Shown piece after piece: positions 27,797-36,862 of a stretch of DNA of 64,000 nt. The notes below the pieces were generated by a model that was not told the origin of the DNA, searched no databases, and saw only the letters and a program-made list of their open reading frames with translations. Both the position numbers and the translations under genes were made by a program. Numbering within the stretch: position 1 is the stretch's first letter; every line of letters starts with the position of its first letter. The stretch lies in contig OZ253462.1 in NCBI GenBank assembly GCA_965261395.1, forward strand, positions 2,624,001 through 2,688,000, given 5' to 3'. The DNA comes from Candidatus Latescibacterota bacterium (GTDB lineage: Bacteria; Latescibacterota; UBA2968; UBA8231).

Positions 27797-29137
27797 ATGC
27801 CTCGTCCCAATATACTCTTCATCATGGATGATCAGCACCGCCATGACTATCTCGGTGCCGCCGGTGCCGAGTTCCTGCGGACGCCTCACCTCGACCGCCT
27901 CGCCGCCGCTGGCGTGCGCTTCACCCACTGCACCACCAATGCACCCGTCTGCGCGCCGGCGCGGATCGGATTGGCCTCTGGCCTGCAACCGAGCCGCCTC
28001 GGCTGCGTGGACAATTCGGGGCGGCTGCCCTTGGGCACCACCACCTACTATCAGCGGCTGCGCGACTCCGGCTACCGAGTCGGCTGCGTCGGCAAGCTCG
28101 ACCTGCGCAAATCCGACGGCTACAATGGCCGCTACGGCGACCGGCCCTACGCCTATAGCTGGGGTTTCACCGATCCAGAGGAATGCGAGGGCAAAATGCA
28201 CGCTGGCTCCTCGCCCACGCCGATTGGCTCCTATACGCACTACCTAGCCGCCAAAGGGCAATTGGCGACATTTCATCAGGACTATCGACAACGCGCTGCT
28301 TCCAGTTGGATTACCGACTGCCGCGACTCACCGCTGGCCAGCGCGGACTTTGAGGACGCCTATATCGGCCGTCGCGCCGCCGAGTGGATCGCCCATGTGT
28401 CCGACGACTTCCCCTGGCACTACTTCGTCAGCTTCGTCGGCCCGCACGACCCCTTTGATCCGCCCACCGAATATGCCGACCGCTACCGCGACGCGGCGAT
28501 GCCCCCGGCCATCAGCGACTCCCTTGCTGGCAAACCCGAGTGGATCAAAAAACGCGCCGCAGAATTCACTCCCGACCAAATCACTCAAACCCGTCGCCAA
28601 TACTGCGCTGCCACCGAACTCATCGACGACCAGATCGGCCAGATCCTCGACGCGCTCGAAAAACGCGGCCAACTCGACAATACCTATATCATTTTCGCCT
28701 CCGACCACGGCGAACTGCTCGGCGACCACGGGCTATACACCAAAAGCGCCGCTTACGAGGCCAGCCTACGCGTACCGCTGATCATCGCCGGGCCGAATAT
28801 CGCCGGAGGCCGCGTCTGTGACGCGCTGTGCGAACTCATTGACCTCAATGCCACGATATGTGATTTTGCCCAGCTCGCGCCGCAGCAGGACATCGACGCC
28901 CGCTCGCTGCAACCCGTCCTCGACGGCCAGACCGACATCCACCGCCAAGAGACTGTCGCCGCCCTGAACAACTTCCGCTGCATTCGCACGGCTACCCACA
29001 AATACATCCAGAATTACAACGACTGCGACGAACTCTACGACCTTGAGCAGGACCCCGACGAGTTGCACAACATCGCCGCCACCGCTCCCGCTATGGTCGC
29101 GGATCTAGCGCGTCGCTTGCGCCGTCGTCTGGGCTGA
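27797..29137 (+). CDS. Sulfatase
   Basis: PNILFIMDDQHR, CAPARI, GPHDP, SDHGE..GDHG, ELYDL..DP.EL.N. Confidence 0.9.
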   Translation: MPRPNILFIMDDQHRHDYLGAAGAEFLRTPHLDRLAAAGVRFTHCTTNAPVCAPARIGLASGLQPSRLGCVDNSGRLPLGTTTYYQRLRDSGYRVGCVGKLDLRKSDGYNGRYGDRPYAYSWGFTDPEECEGKMHAGSSPTPIGSYTHYLAAKGQLATFHQDYRQRAASSWITDCRDSPLASADFEDAYIGRRAAEWIAHVSDDFPWHYFVSFVGPHDPFDPPTEYADRYRDAAMPPAISDSLAGKPEWIKKRAAEFTPDQITQTRRQYCAATELIDDQIGQILDALEKRGQLDNTYIIFASDHGELLGDHGLYTKSAAYEASLRVPLIIAGPNIAGGRVCDALCELIDLNATICDFAQLAPQQDIDARSLQPVLDGQTDIHRQETVAALNNFRCIRTATHKYIQNYNDCDELYDLEQDPDELHNIAATAPAMVADLARRLRRRLG

Positions 29138-29143
29138 ACACTC

Positions 29144-29845
29144 CTACGATTGGTTTGTTCTCCAGGCTTGGTACTCAGCCAAGGTCTGCTCGTCGGGGGG
29201 ATAGGTGCCGACAATACTGGCCCCGGCGCGGATTTTCTCGGTGATGAAGCGCTCTTTTTTCTCCATCTCCTCGGCCTCGATGGCGACCTCTTCGGCTAGA
29301 TGCGCGGGTATGACCACGACCCCTTCCCCATCGCCGACGAGCACATCGCCGGGGAAGACCGCCACGCCGCCGCAGGCGATGGGCACCTGGATTTCGCTAG
29401 GGTGGTGGATGGTTTTGTTGGTGTGGGCGTTCATGGCCGCCGCGTATGCAGGTAACCCCGACGCGACGATGGTCGGCGAGTCGCGATAGGCTCCATCGGT
29501 GACGATTCCCGCGCAGCCCCGCACTTGCAGCCGCGCCGCTAGGATGGACCCCATAGTCCCGGCGCGGGTGTCGCCGCGTGCATCAATGACGAACACGTCA
29601 CCTGCGATTATCTGCTCAATACCGACCCGCTGCACGTCTTTCAGGTTGTCCAGTGGGACCTCGTCGAGGTCCTCGCGCGCCGGGATATAGCGCAGGGTAA
29701 AGGCCCGGCCGACCATCTGCATGTCGGGAGTAAGGGGCGCGACTTGGTGCATAAACGTGTTGTACAGTCCCTTGTTGCGCAGCACGGACGTCAGGGTCGC
29801 GGTGCTGGCCACCTTTAGTTTTTCGCTCAATTCGGCAAAATCCAC
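29144..29845 (-). CDS. RraA-like / HMG-CHA aldolase family protein
   Basis: GRAFTLRY.P.RED, G.IL..R...RG.AG.VTDG..RD, V.PGD...GD.EGVVVIP. Confidence 0.85.
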   Translation of the reverse strand: MDFAELSEKLKVASTATLTSVLRNKGLYNTFMHQVAPLTPDMQMVGRAFTLRYIPAREDLDEVPLDNLKDVQRVGIEQIIAGDVFVIDARGDTRAGTMGSILAARLQVRGCAGIVTDGAYRDSPTIVASGLPAYAAAMNAHTNKTIHHPSEIQVPIACGGVAVFPGDVLVGDGEGVVVIPAHLAEEVAIEAEEMEKKERFITEKIRAGASIVGTYPPDEQTLAEYQAWRTNQS

Positions 29846-29857
29846 AATTCGCTCCTT

Positions 29858-30916
29858 TCAGCGTATCTGCCCGCGGGCGTCAACCGGCCAGACGGCTTCC
29901 ACGCGGCCGCCGCGCACGGCAAAGATCTGGTCGTGTTCGTTGAAACAGGGGCAGGGATGAACCGGCAGGACTTGCACTTGTTCGCCGATTTGGGGCTTGT
30001 CGTCACAGGCCGATAGATCGACCTGCCCGTGTTCCTCCGAGGCCCCGGAGAAGACGGCTTGGGGGTACTCGACGATGTGCCCCATGATGAATGAACCGTC
30101 TTCCCCGCGATGGACCGCTGCGCTGAGCGACTTGCTGCCCCCGTCGAGGATGGCGCGATCCGCGGCTGGTCGGCTGACTACGGTCATCAGCACCCGGCCA
30201 GCGCACTGACCGACGCTGTGGGTTCCCCGGCGGAGATGGCCGACGCCGCCGACTGGGTACTCGCCGGCCCGGTACTCGGTCAGTTCGGGGATTTCGTGCG
30301 CCTTGAACGCGCCCGGTGTACTACCGCCACTGACGATGGGATGCGGCAGACCCTTGCGGTCGAAATGCGCGAGCGTCTCTTGGATTAGCGGCCGCATGTC
30401 TGGAGTCGCTGGCATAGACATGATGCCCCGGAGTTCGATGTTTGGGGCCTGATCGATTTTTTCGCCTAGGGCGCCCGCGGCCGCGGGCGAGCCTACGCCC
30501 GTGCGGCCGCGATCGAGTTCGACGACCACGCCCACAGTGACATCCGCTTCCGCAGCAGCTTCGGCTAGCCCTTGCACGGTGTATTCGGAATCAGCCGCCA
30601 CGGTCAGCCGGGTGTCCCGCGCCAGCGCGACCAGCCGCGCCAGCTTTTGCGCGCCGATGATGTTATAGGGAATCAGGATGTCGCGATCGACTCCGCCCGC
30701 CGCCATGACTTCGGCCTCCCCGAGCTTTTGGCAGGTGATGCCGATCGCCCCGCGACGCATTTGCATATGGGCGATGGCCACGCATTTGTGGGTCTTGATG
30801 TGGGGCCGCAAGCCAATACCGTGCTCGTCAAAGTAGCGTTGGTAGCGGTCGAGGTTGTCCTCCAAGCCGTCGAGATCGACGAGGAGGGCGGGCGTGTCGA
30901 GGTCTTCTATGCGCAT
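29858..30916 (-). CDS. D-threonine aldolase/DSD1-type PLP-dependent enzyme (alanine racemase fold)
   Basis: DTPALLVDLD, RPHIKTHK, CQKLGEAE, SGGSTP, D.GSK.LS, SEEHG, HPC. Confidence 0.9.
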   Translation of the reverse strand: MRIEDLDTPALLVDLDGLEDNLDRYQRYFDEHGIGLRPHIKTHKCVAIAHMQMRRGAIGITCQKLGEAEVMAAGGVDRDILIPYNIIGAQKLARLVALARDTRLTVAADSEYTVQGLAEAAAEADVTVGVVVELDRGRTGVGSPAAAGALGEKIDQAPNIELRGIMSMPATPDMRPLIQETLAHFDRKGLPHPIVSGGSTPGAFKAHEIPELTEYRAGEYPVGGVGHLRRGTHSVGQCAGRVLMTVVSRPAADRAILDGGSKSLSAAVHRGEDGSFIMGHIVEYPQAVFSGASEEHGQVDLSACDDKPQIGEQVQVLPVHPCPCFNEHDQIFAVRGGRVEAVWPVDARGQIR

Positions 30917-31197
30917 AGTGGCCTTTCCTTGATGGTAATTTCTGGTGATCAATGTCTAGGATTTGCACCGTAAACGCAACGAGTACAAGCTGAAGGAAAA
31001 GCCGGAACACGGAGATCATACAGCTATATTTGCCGATTTGACGATGTTCAAAAGAAATTATATTACTTGACTAACGGACCAAAACTCCCTATTCAAAGAT
31101 TTTTGCCGTACCCAAGGGCACTGCATTGGGCGAAACTGCCGCCAATCAATCGTCTGACCAAAGAGGCAACCGCATGATTCGCTATCTGGATTGGTAA

Positions 31198-31710
31198 ATG
31201 CTGGATTTGAACGAACTGGACACTGACAACATCCCCGGTATCTCACGAGCAAAGGGTAACGAATTGGCCGAAGCCGGAGCCGTTTGCCTAGAATCTCAGG
31301 GTCATACACCAGGTGCTTACCTTACTGTCCGTAATGGCGCTAATAATAGTTATCGGCTAGATTGGCCGCAGGTCACTAACCAAGCCCGCCGGACTTGGAA
31401 TGACGATGAGGAGGCTACCGAAGACGGTGCTGCCGGCATTGCTGTCCTACTGGCAAGTCGGGAAATCGGTTACGCGGTTGTATTGCGTTCACGAAAGGGT
31501 ACCGGATTCGATTATTGGCTCGGGGATGATGTACTAGACTTTAGAGCAAGGATGGAAGTATCCGGCATCCGAAATGGTAATGATGGCCAAGTCAAGACAA
31601 GAGTGAAACAGAAATTGCGCCAGATGAATCGGTCGAATGATCAGAAATTACCGGCTTACGCAATCGTGGTTGAATTCGGGCGGCCAATTGCCGAAGTAAA
31701 AAAGAAATGA
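31198..31710 (+). CDS. Hypothetical protein, PD-(D/E)xK restriction-endonuclease-like fold
   Basis: ATE.GA helix, KGTGFDYWLG, ARMEVSGI, R..QK..Q, AYAIVVEF; ATGA overlap with next gene. Confidence 0.7.
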   Translation: MLDLNELDTDNIPGISRAKGNELAEAGAVCLESQGHTPGAYLTVRNGANNSYRLDWPQVTNQARRTWNDDEEATEDGAAGIAVLLASREIGYAVVLRSRKGTGFDYWLGDDVLDFRARMEVSGIRNGNDGQVKTRVKQKLRQMNRSNDQKLPAYAIVVEFGRPIAEVKKK

Positions 31711-32834
31711 ACTCAGTTAATCATCTCCACAAAAAAGCTATGGAATTCGCAGACCTCGGCCTCAGAAGAAGGGCGCGTGGCAATGCGGAAGAATCCCTAG
31801 AGTATTTTGAGCAGGCACTTCACTATGAATTGGCTGCCATTGACGAGCTTGACAAAACAGAGGAGTTGGCTTGGGCAGTGTTGCATCGCAGCGCTGGCAC
31901 CTTGGCATTGGATTGCAGGGACTTTCTCCAAGCCGAGAAAATAGTAGCCACTGCTCTGGCGCAGGAACCGCATCCAGAGATTGCGGAGGAGTTGCGCGAC
32001 CTTTTGGAGCAGATTTACTTCCAAAGGCACCTCGATCTGAAAGGCATTACTTTGCAGGAGGATGAGATTCAGTTGAGTCTCTCAGGCCCAAAAGTGGGAA
32101 ATGGTTTTGTCAACGTGGAAGAAATATATGAGCGCATCAGTAGCTCGTCGAAACTGATTCACCGTACCGTTGAGCGAAAGCGAAACCAGCCTTTCCGGGA
32201 AAGAGGGCCTGTACAAAAAGTAATACGGGAAAATTACCAGACGCTGGTTTCTGTGCCTAGAAGCGGGAGTTTCGCAGTGACGCTTAAATTCAGTAGGCCA
32301 CAACTGTCTTTTTCGGGAATGCTTGAGACGACTGCTATCATCGATGAGTTCATGGACTTACTTGCATTGATCAACAGCTCCCACATCATCGAAATACGGA
32401 AGCGTATCCCTGAACCTGCTTATTTGCAGAACTTCTTTGGTCTGGTAAGAAGAATTGCGCCCGATGGCGAACGAATCAGTCAGGTGGGTTTTACCGCAAT
32501 TCGTGAAGGAGTACAACGTTCTGTAGGGCTTACCATGCCGGCGGCGGAGCTTCCATCACTGCCACCAGAAATGTTGTCGCCGCAGGTCGAGTCACAGCAG
32601 ACACCAAGCGAACCTATAGAAATACGCGGAATATTACTCCACGCGGATGCGATGCGCGAAGACAGCAATATCATACAAGTTATTGATGGAAATAAAAAAC
32701 ACACCGTACAGGTGCCACAGGGCATGATGAATGACATCGTGCGTCCTATGTGGGATTCGCACGTAATAATACAGGGTATACTCACCGGCGAACGTATTAT
32801 ACTGGAAGATATCAGGCCAGACGACTCGGCTTGA
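31707..32834 (+). CDS. Hypothetical protein: N-terminal TPR-like helices, central GSF-motif domain, C-terminal OB-like beta region
   Basis: H.KAM..AD..A..YE..A..VLHRSA..LA.DC..AE.....AL.....EIAEELRDL; PRSGSFAVTL; beta-rich C-terminus. Confidence 0.7.
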   Translation: MNSVNHLHKKAMEFADLGLRRRARGNAEESLEYFEQALHYELAAIDELDKTEELAWAVLHRSAGTLALDCRDFLQAEKIVATALAQEPHPEIAEELRDLLEQIYFQRHLDLKGITLQEDEIQLSLSGPKVGNGFVNVEEIYERISSSSKLIHRTVERKRNQPFRERGPVQKVIRENYQTLVSVPRSGSFAVTLKFSRPQLSFSGMLETTAIIDEFMDLLALINSSHIIEIRKRIPEPAYLQNFFGLVRRIAPDGERISQVGFTAIREGVQRSVGLTMPAAELPSLPPEMLSPQVESQQTPSEPIEIRGILLHADAMREDSNIIQVIDGNKKHTVQVPQGMMNDIVRPMWDSHVIIQGILTGERIILEDIRPDDSA

Positions 32835-32927
32835 AACCGCTAGATTACCTCACATCCTCTACTACCCTCTCCTCCCAATCCCGCCGCAGAAATTGACGCG
32901 ATCAGGTCCCTTGCCTTTTGTTGCAAG

Positions 32928-33452
32928 ATGCCCATTGATCTCCAACCCTCCACGCCCGTCGCATTAGTCTGCGCAGTATTGGCCGACTCCACAGAGACGC
33001 TCGCCGCGGCCCAAGAACGCCTCGCCGAATGCTTCGGTCCTCTGCGCACGGCCAGTGCGATCTATGATTTTGATTTCACCTCGTATTACGCAGCGGAAAT
33101 GGGCGCGGGATTGTGCAAACAGCTCGTGTGCTTTGCCGAGCGGATCGACCCCGCCGAGTTGGCGGCCGTTAAGGCACAGACCATGGCGCTGGAGCGGGCG
33201 ATGAGCCGAGGGCGGTGTCGCCGCGCCAACATCGACCCAGGGTTGCTCTCGATCGAGAGTTTGGTGTTGGCCACGACTAAATTCGCTGGCCACCGGGTGT
33301 GTATTGCCCCACAGCTCTACGCTGAGGTGACCCTGCTCTATCAGCGAGGACGCTACCGGCCTCTGGAGTGGACGTATCCCGATTACCAAGGCGATACAGT
33401 GCAGCGGTTCTTGCTCGATGTGCGGCCTTGGTTGCTGGCAGTGCGCGGCTGA
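32928..33452 (+). CDS. DUF4416 family protein
   Basis: FDFT.YY..EMG..L, R.ANIDPG.L, LATTK...HR, WTYPDY. Confidence 0.85.
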   Translation: MPIDLQPSTPVALVCAVLADSTETLAAAQERLAECFGPLRTASAIYDFDFTSYYAAEMGAGLCKQLVCFAERIDPAELAAVKAQTMALERAMSRGRCRRANIDPGLLSIESLVLATTKFAGHRVCIAPQLYAEVTLLYQRGRYRPLEWTYPDYQGDTVQRFLLDVRPWLLAVRG

Positions 33453-33454
33453 GG

Positions 33455-34585
33455 TCAGCCCCGCTCGCCGAGCGGGACAAATGCGCGGTGCTCCGGCCCG
33501 GTGTAGATGTGGTTGGGGCGGATGAGCCGGTTGGCGTCGTGCTGCTCGATCACGTGCGCCGCCCAGCCGACCACGCGGCTGGCCACGAAGATGGGGGTGT
33601 AGAGCGGGATCGGGATGCCCATGATGTAGTAGGTGTACGCGCAGGGGAAATCGACGTTGGGGAAGATGCCTTTTTCGCGCATCATCGTCGCTTCGACCAC
33701 ATCGGCTAGGTCCGGCCACTTGGTGTCGCCGACGGCTGCGGCGACCTGACGGCCAACCTTCTTCATCGTCGGCACTCGCGAGTCGCCGCTTTTGTATTCC
33801 CTATGTCCAAAGCCCATGATCTTCTTCTTTTGCGCCAGCGAGTCGAGGACCCACTGCTCGGCCGCCGCGGGCGAATCTACCTCCAAGAGCATGTGCATGG
33901 CCGCCTCGTTGGCACCGCCGTGCAAGGGTCCGTGCAGGGCACCGATGGCCGCAGTCATGGCGGCGTACAGGTCGGCGAGCGTCGAGGCTACGACCCGTGC
34001 GGTAAACGTGGAGGCGTTGTACCCGTGCTCGGCGTAGAGGATCAGCGAAGTGTTCATGGCCTCTACTTCGTACGCGGGCGGCTTCTCTCCGCGCAGCATG
34101 AAGAGGAGATTGGCCGCGTGGTCCAAGTCTGCGTTGGGTTCTATGGGCGCGAGGTTTTGCGAGAAGCGATAGCCATAGGCGAGCGCGGTGGGAATTTTGG
34201 CCAGCAAGCGCACGGCCTTGCGCACATTGGCCTCGTGGCTGTTGTCGGGGGTCTCGGCGTCGAAAAACGCCAGTGCCGACACGGCCGTGCGCAGCAGATC
34301 CATGGGGTGGGCGTCCGCCGGCGCGGAGCGCAACAGCTCGACGACTGGGCCGGGTAGGTCGCGCTGCGAGCGCAGTTGCTGATTGAATTCCGCCAACTCG
34401 GCGACCGTCGGCAACTCGCCGTAAAGCAGCAGATAGGCGACCTCTTCGTAGGAGGCGTTTTCGGTCAGTTCGACTAGGTCGTAGCCGTACAGGATCAGGC
34501 GGTTGATATCGATATCGATGCGCGAAAGGGCGGACTCGCCGGCGATGACTCCTTCGAGGCCGGGGCTGTAGGATTTGTCGGTCAT
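33455..34585 (-). CDS. prpC: 2-methylcitrate synthase / citrate synthase
   Basis: GLEGV, YAEH..NASTF, GPLHGGANE, MGFGHR.Y, PNVDF; downstream of prpB. Confidence 0.88.
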   Translation of the reverse strand: MTDKSYSPGLEGVIAGESALSRIDIDINRLILYGYDLVELTENASYEEVAYLLLYGELPTVAELAEFNQQLRSQRDLPGPVVELLRSAPADAHPMDLLRTAVSALAFFDAETPDNSHEANVRKAVRLLAKIPTALAYGYRFSQNLAPIEPNADLDHAANLLFMLRGEKPPAYEVEAMNTSLILYAEHGYNASTFTARVVASTLADLYAAMTAAIGALHGPLHGGANEAAMHMLLEVDSPAAAEQWVLDSLAQKKKIMGFGHREYKSGDSRVPTMKKVGRQVAAAVGDTKWPDLADVVEATMMREKGIFPNVDFPCAYTYYIMGIPIPLYTPIFVASRVVGWAAHVIEQHDANRLIRPNHIYTGPEHRAFVPLGERG

Positions 34586-34651
34586 TCTGTATATCTCTCT
34601 ATGGGAAGTGTTGGTCGTGGATAGATTTGAGGCTGCATGTTAGCTGATAAT

Positions 34652-35563
34652 TCAGCGGTTTTTTCCGTTTGCTGGAAAGCGGGCGGCCAACGCTGCGTCT
34701 AGTTTGGTGTACTCGTCGTAGCCGAGTAGTTCGTAGAGTTCCGCTCGCGTCTGCATCTGTCCGAGGGCGTCCTTGAGGGTGCCCTTTTCCTTCAGTTCGA
34801 GGAACAGCCCTTCGACGGCCTTCATCATGGTGCGGAACGCGCTCAGCGGGAAAATCACGAGGCGGTATCCCATGGCGGCGAACTCCGCGACCGATAGGTA
34901 CGGCGATTTGCCGAATTCGGTCATGTTGGCGAGGAGTGGGCCTTTGACTTGCTCGGCGTAGCGGGCGAATTCCTCGGCACTCTGCATGGCTTCGGGAAAG
35001 ACTGCGTCCGCGCCGGCTGCCAAGTAGCGCTGGCCGCGCTCGACGCTCTGCGCAAAGCCCTCGACGGCGCGGGCGTCGCAGCGGGCGATGATCACAAAGT
35101 CTGGGTCTTGCCGCGCCGCGCAGGCCGCGGCGATTTTGCGCTCCATTTCCTCCACCCCGATCAGGGCCTTGCCGTCGAGGTGACCGCAGCGCTTGGGCAT
35201 GACTTGGTCCTCTAAGTGCAATCCGGCCAAGCCCTCGCGCTCGTACGCGCGCACCGTGCGCATCACCTGCCAGATCTCGCCAAACCCGGTGTCCGCATCG
35301 CAGATGCAGGGCACTTGCACCGCATTGGCAATGTAGCCCGCTTGGCGCGCCATTTCGTCCATGCCCAACAGGCCGACGTCCGGGTAGCCGGCCGTGCCGT
35401 TGGCTAGGCCAGCCCCAGAGATGTACACAGCCTCGAACCCGGTGCGCTCGGCCAGCATGGCCACGGGTGCGTTGAAGGCCCCGGGCAAGGTCAGGGTCTT
35501 CTCGGCCATCAGGCGACGCAAGGTGCGCGGCTTGGATTCGGCGGGTGCAGGCTTGAGTAGCAT
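34652..35563 (-). CDS. prpB: Methylisocitrate lyase
   Basis: Y.SGA, DADTGFG, EDQ..PKRCGH, NMTEFGK. Confidence 0.93.
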   Translation of the reverse strand: MLLKPAPAESKPRTLRRLMAEKTLTLPGAFNAPVAMLAERTGFEAVYISGAGLANGTAGYPDVGLLGMDEMARQAGYIANAVQVPCICDADTGFGEIWQVMRTVRAYEREGLAGLHLEDQVMPKRCGHLDGKALIGVEEMERKIAAACAARQDPDFVIIARCDARAVEGFAQSVERGQRYLAAGADAVFPEAMQSAEEFARYAEQVKGPLLANMTEFGKSPYLSVAEFAAMGYRLVIFPLSAFRTMMKAVEGLFLELKEKGTLKDALGQMQTRAELYELLGYDEYTKLDAALAARFPANGKNR

Positions 35564-35566
35564 AGC

Positions 35567-36847
35567 TCAGGCGAGGGGGATAGTGGCTTCGCGCTCCGGC
35601 CCTACGGAAATCAGCGAGACCGGCGCTCGGCTTAGTTCAGAGACCCGCTCCACGTAAGCCTGCGCCTTTGGCGGTAGGTCGTCGAAGCGGCGCGCGTGGG
35701 TAGTTGGCGCACACCAGCCCTCGACCTCCTCGTAGATTGGCTCGCATAGCTCTAGGACTTGCGGGTCGGCGGGAAACTCCTCCAGCACTTGGTCGCCGCA
35801 GCGGTAGCCAATACCCAGCTTGAGGTGGTCGCATTGGTCGAGTACGTCGAGCCGAGTCAGGGCGATGCTGGTCAGGCCGTTGATGCGCGCCGAGACCCGC
35901 AAGATGGCAGCGTCGAACCAGCCGCAGCGCCGTGGCCGGCCGGTGGTGGCTCCGAACTCGCGGCCCCAGCCGCGCAGGCGCTCGCCCTCTTCCCCCAATA
36001 ACTCGGTGGGGAAAGGCCCGTTGCCCACCCGCGTGGTGTACGCTTTGGTCACGCCGACGACCTCGGCGATCCGCGTCGGGCCGATGCCGGTACCCGTGCA
36101 GGCCCCGCCCGCGGTGGTGTTCGATGAGGTGACGTAGGGATAGGTGCCGTGGTCGATGTCGAGCAAGGTCCCCTGCGCCCCTTCGCAGAGGACCGTTTTG
36201 CCTTGATCGAGGGCTTGGTTGAGCAAGACCGAGGTGTCGGCGATGTATGGGGCAAGTTGCTCCCCGTAGCGGATGTACGCGTCGATGATGGGGCTGGCCT
36301 CCAGCGGCTCTTGGCCGAAGACCTTGGTCAAGATTTCGTTTTTGGCGCAGATGCTGGCCCGGAGCTTGTCGCGCAAACGCGCCGGGTCGCACAAATCCAT
36401 GACGCGCACCCCGTGGCTGCGCTCGACTTTGTCGCGGTAAGCCGGGCCGATGCCGCGGCCAGTCGTGCCGATGGCGACGCCGTTTTCGCTTTCCTCCCCG
36501 GCCTTTTCCAAGACCTTGTGATAGGGCATTACGACGTGGGCAACTTGGCTGACGAAGAAGCGGTCAGCTACTGAAAAGCCCTTGGTCTCCAACTCGGCGA
36601 TCTCGTCGAGCATGATGGCTGGATCAACGACCACCCCGTTGCCCACCACGCAGATTTTATCCTCGTGCATGATGCCCGAGGGAATGGTGTGGAAGATGAA
36701 CTCAGTGGCGTCGGTGACGACGGTGTGGCCGGCGTTGGCCCCTCCTTGATAGCGCACCACCACATCGGCGGCGGACGTGAGGTAATCGACGACCTTGGCC
36801 TTGCCTTCGTCGCCCCACTGCGCTCCTAATACTATTTTCGCGGGCAT
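35567..36847 (-). CDS. purA: Adenylosuccinate synthetase
   Basis: QWGDEGK, GGANAGHT, GTTGRGIGP.Y, EGAQG, GATTGRPRRCGW. Confidence 0.97.
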   Translation of the reverse strand: MPAKIVLGAQWGDEGKAKVVDYLTSAADVVVRYQGGANAGHTVVTDATEFIFHTIPSGIMHEDKICVVGNGVVVDPAIMLDEIAELETKGFSVADRFFVSQVAHVVMPYHKVLEKAGEESENGVAIGTTGRGIGPAYRDKVERSHGVRVMDLCDPARLRDKLRASICAKNEILTKVFGQEPLEASPIIDAYIRYGEQLAPYIADTSVLLNQALDQGKTVLCEGAQGTLLDIDHGTYPYVTSSNTTAGGACTGTGIGPTRIAEVVGVTKAYTTRVGNGPFPTELLGEEGERLRGWGREFGATTGRPRRCGWFDAAILRVSARINGLTSIALTRLDVLDQCDHLKLGIGYRCGDQVLEEFPADPQVLELCEPIYEEVEGWCAPTTHARRFDDLPPKAQAYVERVSELSRAPVSLISVGPEREATIPLA

Positions 36848-36862
36848 TGCGTACTCCCCTGC

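Noticed and set aside
30960-31075. Short + strand frame ending ...HGDHTAIFADL..., faintly like an EEP nuclease C-terminus
   Set aside because: About 35 codons, no supported start; similarity too weak
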